Source of the DNA: Candidatus Peregrinibacteria bacterium
GTDB taxonomy: Bacteria; Patescibacteriota; Gracilibacteria; UBA1369; LOWO2-01-FULL-3
DNA: 64,000 nucleotides
Assembly (NCBI GenBank): GCA_016206505.1
Contig: JACQRJ010000036.1
Span: forward strand, 365-64,364
Direction: 5' to 3'
The notes beneath the pieces were generated by a model. It ran no database searches, was not told the DNA's origin, and worked only from the letters and a program-made list of their open reading frames with translations. Both the position numbers and the translations under genes were made by a program. This document shows, one piece after another, positions 1 through 9,321 of this stretch (position 1 is the first letter of the stretch; every line of letters begins with the position of its first letter).

Positions 1-405
1 AATATTACCGCTACCTGTTCCCAAATCCAAAATCCGCAATTTTTTTGATGGATTGGCAGCTGAAAACTTCAGAGCTGCTTCTACCAGCATTTCCGTCTCA
101 GGCCTGGGAATTAAAACCCGCTGGTCTACAAAAAAATCCAGTCCGTAAAATTCCTTTTTCTTAATTATATATGCGATAGGTTCTCCTGACGCCAGGCGTT
201 TTATATAATGCCAAAACATATACACGCTCCCGGGATCGGCATCCCCATTGGCGTTTGCAAACAAGAACTCCCGACTTTCATCAAGGCTATAAGCCAAAAG
301 AAGCTCGGCATTTAGCGCCGACAACGCAGTATCCGACAGTTTTTCAGTGCCACCACAGTCAACCAAAAACAGGATCCCTTCATTTAGTAAATCCCTGATA
401 GTCAA
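1..405 (-). CDS. prmC: Release-factor glutamine N5-methyltransferase PrmC/HemK, N-terminal part; the gene runs off the left edge of the window
   Basis: My reverse-strand translation gives LTIRDLLNEG...SGEPIAYIIKKKEFYGLDFFVDQRVLIPRPETEMLVE...KLRILDLGTGSGNI. This is the HemK pattern up to the SAM-binding GxGxG motif. The candidate start is TTG at 405, directly after the rpsU stop and in the same frame. This ORF is not in the supplied track because it is truncated. Confidence 0.8.
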   Translation of the reverse strand, partial: MTIRDLLNEGILFLVDCGGTEKLSDTALSALNAELLLAYSLDESREFLFANANGDADPGSVYMFWHYIKRLASGEPIAYIIKKKEFYGLDFFVDQRVLIPRPETEMLVEAALKFSAANPSKKLRILDLGTGSGNI

Positions 406-414
406 AATATCTGC

Positions 415-621
415 CTAATAAAATCTGCTCTTTTCACGCTTTGAACGATAAAATTCACGCTTAATCGCTGCATCGCGAACATACTTTTTCTTTGGTACCT
501 TCAAATTGTAACGTTCGGTGCGTATCTTAAGCAATTTACGACTGGCTTGCACAGCCTTGTTAAAACGGCTTATTGCACGCTCATTTGACTCTTTTTCCTT
601 TACTATTACTGTTACTCTCAT
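415..621 (-). CDS. rpsU: 30S ribosomal protein S21
   Basis: A 68-aa, very basic protein (MRVTVIVKEKESNERAISRFNKAVQ...REFYRSKREK) with the typical S21 size and motifs. Confidence 0.9.
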   Translation of the reverse strand: MRVTVIVKEKESNERAISRFNKAVQASRKLLKIRTERYNLKVPKKKYVRDAAIKREFYRSKREKSRFY

Positions 622-637
622 GACTAAATTAATTTTA

Positions 638-696
638 AAGCCTGCGCATTATAAATAATCAGGGCTTAAATGCAAGCAATTTATCAAGTAGCTTGC
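638..696 (-). terminator. Two stem-loops between the lipoprotein gene stop and the rpsU start; possible terminator or processing structure
   Basis: AAGCCTG (638-644) pairs with CAGGGCTT (660-667) with one bulge. GCAAGC (672-677) pairs with GCTTGC (691-696). There is no strong U-tract. Confidence 0.3.
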
Positions 697-702
697 TCCA
701 AA

Positions 703-1878
703 TTATTGGCCGGCATAAAACTCAGCTTCTCCCACCACTTTGCCGTTTTTCAAAAATACAACCTTATATCCTCCCCCAAACATACCGCCAAAATTGTTCG
801 ACAAAATCTGCTCATCCAGAGTGGCATAAGCATAAAGCTCACCATTACAAGCTTCTTCAACTTTTATGCCCTTTTCGGAAGCCATTAAAACCCATTCCTG
901 GCGCTCGATTACGTTTAAATTAAAATCATCGGTTCCTTCTCCTTCGTAATCAATTTCTTCATGCATCCATTTCACATCCAGCACATCTCCTGCAATTCCA
1001 TACTGATTTATCTTTGCAAAAGCATGAAGAACACGGCCAAAATTTACATACCAACGTCCCGGATCGGATTGAGGTACTTTTGAAGCTGTTGGCGGATAAA
1101 ATGAAGTCTCGCAACGATTTGGCACATATTCTGATTTTCTTGCCTCATATCCCAAAGCATAGACAAAATCAGTCACAATAATATCTGAAACAATATCATT
1201 TGGCTTGAGCGCATTACCGGCTTTATTGTCCAGATAATATTTTTCAGCGGCAGCCGCATCACGATTTTCCACATAATCACTCCAAAAATCGATCTCCGCT
1301 ATACACAAATCCTCATATTTTGAACCGGCATAAACATCTTCAATAACAAATTTCACCGCTTTTGTTTCCTCGCCTTCAAAGTCAAAAAATTGCATTCCGT
1401 ATTTATCCGGTAAATCATAAGAAGCGAAATCCTGAAATTTACCTTCTTCATCTTGAAACTGCACTTTCAGCTTTTTTACGCGCTTGTTTTGATTGTAAAT
1501 CTCAGCATCACGAGCAAATCCTGGAACAATTCCCATTTTGCCTACTTTCACATAATCGGCAAAATTCATCACAAGCTCGGCTCCGGTTTTGCCGTCAGCC
1601 GCACACCATGCAGTTGAAAAATCACGATCAAAAGCCATTTCAGGCGCATAATTAAAGCCGATTTTTGATTTATCCTTCAAAACTGAACTGGCGGAAACTT
1701 GATAATCTTCAACTTCAACAAGCTCCGGTGCAGGAAATCTCACTTCTTTAACTTTTTCAACTTCTTCAGTACGATCAACTTCTTTTGATTTTTCTACCGG
1801 CTTCACAAGCGGATCTTTTGGAGCACAAGAAGTCAGTACAAAAACAAGAAGAAGCAAACTCAAAGACTTTTTCAACAT
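703..1878 (-). CDS. Secreted lipoprotein with a discoidin / F5-8 type C (galactose-binding-like) domain
   Basis: The signal peptide has a lipobox (MLKKSLSLLLLVFVLTSC). The central segment AFDRDFSTAWCAADGKTGAELVMNF...KVQFQDEEG...EDLCIAEIDFW matches the usual discoidin-domain pattern (D..STAW...ISE+.F). Confidence 0.65.
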   Translation of the reverse strand: MLKKSLSLLLLVFVLTSCAPKDPLVKPVEKSKEVDRTEEVEKVKEVRFPAPELVEVEDYQVSASSVLKDKSKIGFNYAPEMAFDRDFSTAWCAADGKTGAELVMNFADYVKVGKMGIVPGFARDAEIYNQNKRVKKLKVQFQDEEGKFQDFASYDLPDKYGMQFFDFEGEETKAVKFVIEDVYAGSKYEDLCIAEIDFWSDYVENRDAAAAEKYYLDNKAGNALKPNDIVSDIIVTDFVYALGYEARKSEYVPNRCETSFYPPTASKVPQSDPGRWYVNFGRVLHAFAKINQYGIAGDVLDVKWMHEEIDYEGEGTDDFNLNVIERQEWVLMASEKGIKVEEACNGELYAYATLDEQILSNNFGGMFGGGYKVVFLKNGKVVGEAEFYAGQ

Positions 1879-1899
1879 AGGAGAAAAGGTTAAAAAATT

Positions 1900-3831
<1,932 letters not shown>

Positions 3832-3896
3832 TTAGACTATGTGAAACAAACCACCGGAGAATCTAGCACAAATTATAGGGCTGTCCAAGAGGAATT

Positions 3897-3906
3897 GGGG
3901 GGGGGG
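3897..3906. repeat. G10 homopolymer tract (C10 on the minus strand) in the gyrB / HNH-gene divergent intergenic region
   Basis: Direct reading: ggaattGGGGGGGGGGaaat. Confidence 0.95.
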
Positions 3907-4107
3907 AAATTAGCTAAAAAGTCGCTTAGCGAATAGAAGATTTATCAAAATTTCATTCTCGCCGCGCCCACCACGGACATTCCCGGGAACGAAATTTGTG
4001 ATCCGGTGCAAACTTCGACTTGACGGCCTTTTCGGACAAAAAGCGAACTCGATTTGAGGGCTGTTTTGAGAGGATTTTTCGGGGTGATAAATTTGGCAGA
4101 AAGAATG

Positions 4108-4116
4108 TGTTATAAT
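4108..4116 (+). promoter_or_regulatory. Extended -10 promoter element (TGtTATAAT) upstream of the HNH-domain gene
   Basis: TG at 4108-4109 and TATAAT at 4111-4116, about 45 nt upstream of the GTG at 4159. No good -35 at canonical spacing. Confidence 0.35.
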
Positions 4117-4158
4117 CATACTTTACGGCTTGTTTAAGCTATTTTAAAGAGATGATTC

Positions 4159-5409
4159 GTGCTAGATTTTCAGCAACTTCTAACCAAAAAATCTATGGAA
4201 AAAATCACTGAAAATCAGGCGGGCAGCATTGATCTCCATCGTGAATTTCGCAAACTTACTTTCGACATTCACAAGATGAAAAATCGCCTGATGATGCTCC
4301 TTCTCGAAATTTATGAGCAGGAAATCTACAAAAAACATAATTGCACAACAATCTACGAATACGCTTTTAAATATGCAAAACTTTCAAAAGAAACAGTGCA
4401 GTTGGCGCTGCGAACTTTGAGAAACACCGAGGATAAACCGCTACTTCGAGCACAAATCGAAAGCAAAGGCATCTATAAAGTGGCGATTGTAGCCAAACTG
4501 GCAACGCCGGAAACTGAAAAATTCTACGCCGGACATGTGCAAAAAATGAGGAAAGAGGTACTTTTTGCATTTGCCAAGGAGGTGAGAAAAAGCGAAAACG
4601 AAGTGGGAAATGTGAAATTTGAGGCAAAATGCTATGCCGTTGTACCAAAAGTGAGCATCGAACTTGACGCCGAAATGCAAACAATTTTCAATCAATTGAA
4701 AAAAGAATATGGCAAAGATTTATCAAACAAGGAGGCGTTGAGAGTGATTTTGAAAAAGTTGAAAGAGAATGAAAATGCAAAATCAAAAAATGTTCCCAAA
4801 AACGTGCCGCCACAAGTAAACCCTAGGACAGAAATGCAATCAACAAGCCAAGAAATCGAAGTGGATTTCATTCCCGGGAACGGAATTTCAATCGAAAATC
4901 AAATTTCAAAAATCTCCTCTGCCAACACGACTCCACAAACTCAAAAAACAACACAATCATCAGACGCGCTCCTACCCGCTCAACCGCCAAAATTTCCATC
5001 CCACACCATTCCGCGTGAAACAAAACGCGAAATCGACATCAAACAAAATCACAAATGCGCATATCCCAATTGCGTAAAATCAATCGAAAATTATCATCAC
5101 AAAATCCCATTTTCCTTCAGCAGAAGCCACGAATCCCTGGTCGGCCTTTGCAAAACCCACCACGAGTTTTGTCACCACGGAATAATCCGCCACGAACTGG
5201 ACGAGCCAAATCACTGGCGACTCAACATCAAACCGGCAAGATCGCAATTTGACAATTTTTTTCTAAAATACAAAGCACATGAAAAAAACTCACCCGCCGC
5301 ACGCGTGCCATTCCCTAAAAAACCTCACTCCAAAAATCCTGCACATCCTGCCCCATTTGACCAACCCAACCTACAGCCTTACGCACAGGCTTTGGCACAA
5401 TTGCCCTAA
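4159..5409 (+). CDS. HNH endonuclease-domain protein (DUF222-like N-terminal region, C-terminal HNH)
   Basis: The C-terminal motif CAYPNCVKSIENYHHKIPFSFSRSHESLVGLCKTHHEFCHHG is an HNH/zinc-finger signature. The start is GTG at 4159 or ATG at 4195. The last ~95 nt overlap the convergent gene at 5315-5902. Confidence 0.75.
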   Translation: MLDFQQLLTKKSMEKITENQAGSIDLHREFRKLTFDIHKMKNRLMMLLLEIYEQEIYKKHNCTTIYEYAFKYAKLSKETVQLALRTLRNTEDKPLLRAQIESKGIYKVAIVAKLATPETEKFYAGHVQKMRKEVLFAFAKEVRKSENEVGNVKFEAKCYAVVPKVSIELDAEMQTIFNQLKKEYGKDLSNKEALRVILKKLKENENAKSKNVPKNVPPQVNPRTEMQSTSQEIEVDFIPGNGISIENQISKISSANTTPQTQKTTQSSDALLPAQPPKFPSHTIPRETKREIDIKQNHKCAYPNCVKSIENYHHKIPFSFSRSHESLVGLCKTHHEFCHHGIIRHELDEPNHWRLNIKPARSQFDNFFLKYKAHEKNSPAARVPFPKKPHSKNPAHPAPFDQPNLQPYAQALAQLP

Positions 5410-5902
5410 CAACACTTACAACACCTCGATCGACCATTCGCTTGCCCCTACCAAGCATCTTCCACCCCTTACCGGCAAAATCAATCCCTACATCTTTCAA
5501 ATCAGACAGCAAGCCAAAAGTTTTTGCTATCATCCCACCACCAACACGTCGCTTAACATAACTTTCATATTTTGTCTTAATCATCGAATTATTCAGATTT
5601 ACAATTCTTGTGACTCTCCAGAAATCTTCCAAAGCTCTATTCAATGACGCAATTTGTTCTTTATTGCCCTTAGCACGTATCGCAGCAGACTGATCAAAAG
5701 TTAATGCACAAGCGTTTGCAAAATCGCCATAAGCATCAGCATAACGCTGAGCAGCATCATAAATACGATGAGGATTTTCCTCATCCCGCAGAGCTCTAAA
5801 TTTTCTGACACACTCAGCGGCAGATCCATAGAAATATTTTGCAACTTCTATAAATTCCTGTGGCAGATCGGCCGAGGACTCATTTTTTGTTTCAATACTC
5901 AT
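5315..5902 (-). CDS. Hypothetical protein (196 aa from the internal ATG)
   Basis: The track ORF is 5315..6067. A near-consensus promoter lies inside its first 55 codons, so I place the start at MSIETKNESS (ATG 5902). No family recognised. Confidence 0.5.
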   Translation of the reverse strand: MSIETKNESSADLPQEFIEVAKYFYGSAAECVRKFRALRDEENPHRIYDAAQRYADAYGDFANACALTFDQSAAIRAKGNKEQIASLNRALEDFWRVTRIVNLNNSMIKTKYESYVKRRVGGGMIAKTFGLLSDLKDVGIDFAGKGWKMLGRGKRMVDRGVVSVVRAIVPKPVRKAVGWVGQMGQDVQDFWSEVF

Positions 5903-5933
5903 TTTTGTTTTAGTTAAAAAGAAACCTGGGAAT

Positions 5934-5962
5934 ATCATACAATAAATGACGGATGGCGTCAA
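5934..5962 (-). promoter_or_regulatory. Sigma70-like promoter, TTGACG-17-TATGAT
   Basis: The minus strand reads ccacTTGACGccatccgtcatttattgTATGATattccc. The -35 is at 5957-5962 and the -10 at 5934-5939, with the -10 ending 31 nt upstream of ATG 5902. Confidence 0.45.
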
Positions 5963-6106
5963 GTGGCCAACCTGACATTCCAGGAAAATTCCATATTCAA
6001 AGTGTGAATATTGTTTAGTACTAGCCGAACAACGGTTTCGTAAATCCTCTAACGATTTGCGTTTCACAGGTTCTTTCGCTCGAAGCGATCAAAAAATAAA
6101 TTATAA

Positions 6107-6808
6107 TTAACTGTTCCCGGGAAAAGAAATCCAATATTTATACAATTTATTTTCTTTCGGTCCCGCAATTAAAATAGCCTCAGGCTTTTTTGGCGTTACT
6201 AATACAAGAGTGGGCGCCACAGGACTTTTAACACGAGAAAAAAATCGTATTCCTTGAGCCTTCAATTTATCTTCCACAGATTGTACTCCAGCATAATCTG
6301 TAATTTCATTATGAACAATAATGGCTTTAATTTCAGCAATGTCTTCGCCTTTATTTATCAATTGAGCCATAATATTATCAAGGGCGTAATTCCTTCCTGC
6401 TTCAGAGCTATAATCAAAGGTTTTTTTGCAATAATCCAAAGAACTTCCTGTTGGAGCAGGAGTCATATGAATAAGAACATTAAAATTTTTACCTTGTAAA
6501 ACGACTGCTATGCATCCCCTTAATTCTTCCGTCTCTAAAGCAATTGAATTTTTTGCAAGAACACTTGCCCCGGCAGGCACTTGAACTAAATCTAAATTTT
6601 CACATTCAGTGCAATCACCAAATTGACCATAGTCTACAAAATTGTGACCCAAAGAATGAGACAACCGTGGGTGAAGCCACATTCTGCCTCTATTATTCAT
6701 TAAATAACTCCACGATAACCGCGGATCAGAACCAACCATCTCAATATTTTCAACCGCTTCAATTGGGGGTTGAATTGGCTCTTTTTGTTCTTGCCCGCTT
6801 TCTGTCAT
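6107..6808 (-). CDS. Hypothetical protein, 233 aa, no signal peptide
   Basis: A clean ORF with coding-like composition. No recognisable family. It contains the segment LRGCIAVVLQGKNFNVLIHMTP. Confidence 0.55.
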   Translation of the reverse strand: MTESGQEQKEPIQPPIEAVENIEMVGSDPRLSWSYLMNNRGRMWLHPRLSHSLGHNFVDYGQFGDCTECENLDLVQVPAGASVLAKNSIALETEELRGCIAVVLQGKNFNVLIHMTPAPTGSSLDYCKKTFDYSSEAGRNYALDNIMAQLINKGEDIAEIKAIIVHNEITDYAGVQSVEDKLKAQGIRFFSRVKSPVAPTLVLVTPKKPEAILIAGPKENKLYKYWISFPGNS

Positions 6809-6862
6809 TTAGATTAACTTTTTTAATAAACATATAAATCTAATTAAATCCAACTGAAAAAT

Positions 6863-9223
6863 CTACCGCGAAACCCCGCCCGAAAAATCCCCTTCCGCCA
6901 AGGCAATGCCATAAAGCTCCTCCAAAGTGTATTTCCCCTCAATAACCAAAGGAGTTTTATCAACAGTCACATAAACATTTGTAGCCATTTCGCCATTCAT
7001 CAAAAAATCAAAAGTCAAAAGCACTTTGTCATTTTCTGAAATTTGCGCACCCTTGACACGATAAACCGCATTCAATTCATTCACGACTTCAACATTTTCC
7101 ATTTCCAGAATAAATCCGGCCTCCCCAACTCTCTTTGCCACGAAACTGCGAGCGAAACGCTGGGCATAAGTCTCAACACTTGGCTCTTCCTTGCCATCTT
7201 CAGCCGTAACTTCCGGCACAATATTCGCAAATTTATTGCTCAAAATACTGAAAAGACTGGAAAGCTTCACCGCACGATCGGAAATCAATTCATCATAAGC
7301 ATAAACCTCTTTTATCAGACCAGAGTCGCGATCATACATGCCGGTTATCGGATAGCCCTGCACCGTCGCGGCAATTTTCACAAAGCGCTGACTTAAATCG
7401 GTAATCGGATCTATTTTCAAATTATCGATCCCCGAAACTTCGGCAAAAGCCTGGGTAATTTCGACGACAATTGTGGCCTCCGTAATTTCTTTCGGACTGT
7501 CTCCCAAGACATCTTCCTGAACATTAACAAAATTCCAGATACGATCTTTTTCGCTTAAATATGATTCGTATCGTGCTTTTTGAGTCAAACCGTATGTTTT
7601 TGAAGTCTGATACTCGGGAGTATTCAAAAATCCCCAAAAATCGGCAATTTCAGCCAGTTCGGATTCAAAAATTTCCACCACCGCTACGCTTGAAGAAAAT
7701 TCCGGCATCAACGCGTTGATCTCTGCAACAAGCCTGGAAACAATTTTTTTCGCCGTTACAACATTCACTTTTTCTCCAAAAAAATAAGCCATCAGACGCT
7801 TCAAAAAAGTGATTTTTGCAGTAATCAGTGTCTGTTTCAGCTCGTTTTTCATCTGTCCATCCTGATAAAGCTTAAGTAAATGCTCTTCTAGCACATTTTT
7901 CATCGCAAAATACCCGTCCTTGTAGAACAAAGGCGAAGAAAGCAGAAGATTATCAAACAACTGATTATTGAACGTAATGTAATAAAACAAATAATCGTCC
8001 GAAGCGTTTTGAACCAGACTCGCATCAAAATATTTGTAATAACTGTTAAGAACATCTTCGGCAAGCACGCTATTTTGCTCAAGTCCTTTATAGACATTGA
8101 GCCATGCAAGATTTACCACTTCAAAAACATCGCGTCCGGAAGCAAACTTGCGACTCAAAAGCTCTTTGGAAATTTTATATTGTTCATCAGCAACATCGAA
8201 AATCGCCAAGCGCTGAAGGTAAGCATCATAGCGCTGATAAAAATCCTCGGATGTCTTAAGCTCAAGCGGCAAGCTACTCAAAGCGCCGTCAAATTTCTCC
8301 ATACTAACGCCAAAATTTGCGGTATCAGCTTCAGACAAATAAAAAATCGCGTCATCCAGATAGCCGAAAAGATGCTCAAATAAAATTTCCTTCTTTTTCT
8401 GCGGTACAAAAGTGAGATTTTCCTCCGACCAAAACAAAAAACGTCCCACAAAACCGTCATTCGCAGATTTACCGCCAAAAATAACCCTGGTGGCAAATTC
8501 ACGTTTCTTGGCTTCCAAAAGCGCATCATCATCGGCCATATTTGTTTTTACCCAATCCGAAGCAAAAACCGCACCTGCAATCGCAACGTACTTAAATTCT
8601 TTAACCAACTTAGTATAAAGCAACTTCTCATAGCGCTCATCCAATTTTTTCACATTGATACTGATGGATCTGCCGCGAGGCACAAGGAGCTTATTCACAA
8701 AAATACTGTCATAAGGATCTTTTGCATCCGTCAAGCCGACACCCTTTTGCAAAAATCCCACATAAACATCCCCATCAAAAACCATCAGATTCAAATGATC
8801 GCCATCAAATTCCAGATCAAAAACGGCATGATTCGGCACAATAACGACATTTTCACCTACAAGCAGGTTTTGCCATCGCGTACTCAATTTGAAATTTCCC
8901 CACAGCTTCACACTTTCGGAAATAGCTACAGCATCATCAAAGAGCTTTTTCAGAGGTTCATCGACTGATTTTTCTTCATCGAATCGCAAAATAATATCAT
9001 CGGAAAAAAATGGGGAAAAATTCTGTTCGGAAGCCGTAGGAGAGGCAAAAACGCCTTCAAAATAAAAAGTTCCGACGACCAAAAACAAGGTAACAAGGCC
9101 AAAAACGGCAAACTTTACAAAAACGGGCATTTTTGAGTCCCTTTTCAAGTTTTTTTCTTCCAAAGAAGTCATTTGTTTACATAAAGATAATCCCTCAATT
9201 ATAGCAGAAAAAAGCCAAAGCAT
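6863..9223 (-). CDS. Large membrane-anchored hypothetical protein (up to 786 aa)
   Basis: One N-terminal TM helix (FVKFAVFGLVTLFLVVGTFYF) followed by about 720 aa with no recognised domain. Alternative starts are ATG 9172 (MTSLEEK) or 9130 (MPVFVKF). Confidence 0.7.
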   Translation of the reverse strand: MLWLFSAIIEGLSLCKQMTSLEEKNLKRDSKMPVFVKFAVFGLVTLFLVVGTFYFEGVFASPTASEQNFSPFFSDDIILRFDEEKSVDEPLKKLFDDAVAISESVKLWGNFKLSTRWQNLLVGENVVIVPNHAVFDLEFDGDHLNLMVFDGDVYVGFLQKGVGLTDAKDPYDSIFVNKLLVPRGRSISINVKKLDERYEKLLYTKLVKEFKYVAIAGAVFASDWVKTNMADDDALLEAKKREFATRVIFGGKSANDGFVGRFLFWSEENLTFVPQKKKEILFEHLFGYLDDAIFYLSEADTANFGVSMEKFDGALSSLPLELKTSEDFYQRYDAYLQRLAIFDVADEQYKISKELLSRKFASGRDVFEVVNLAWLNVYKGLEQNSVLAEDVLNSYYKYFDASLVQNASDDYLFYYITFNNQLFDNLLLSSPLFYKDGYFAMKNVLEEHLLKLYQDGQMKNELKQTLITAKITFLKRLMAYFFGEKVNVVTAKKIVSRLVAEINALMPEFSSSVAVVEIFESELAEIADFWGFLNTPEYQTSKTYGLTQKARYESYLSEKDRIWNFVNVQEDVLGDSPKEITEATIVVEITQAFAEVSGIDNLKIDPITDLSQRFVKIAATVQGYPITGMYDRDSGLIKEVYAYDELISDRAVKLSSLFSILSNKFANIVPEVTAEDGKEEPSVETYAQRFARSFVAKRVGEAGFILEMENVEVVNELNAVYRVKGAQISENDKVLLTFDFLMNGEMATNVYVTVDKTPLVIEGKYTLEELYGIALAEGDFSGGVSR

Positions 9224-9321
9224 AAAGCCCGAGATATAGAAAATTCACACTTGAAAATAAAAGCTTGATAAAAGCGCAACATGTAGTAGCATTCATCCCC
9301 AGTATTGAATTACCGCACATC

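Noticed and set aside
670-923. Plus-strand ORFs 670..888 and 693..923.
   Set aside because: They are antisense to the 3' end of the discoidin-domain lipoprotein gene. They are short, with no signals and unnatural composition.
3910-4119. A 69-aa minus-strand ORF in the gyrB/HNH intergenic region.
   Set aside because: It spans the poly-G tract region's neighbour and the HNH promoter, and has no supporting signals. It does contain one TTCCCGGGAA copy (encoding VPGN), which I report as a DNA-level observation instead.
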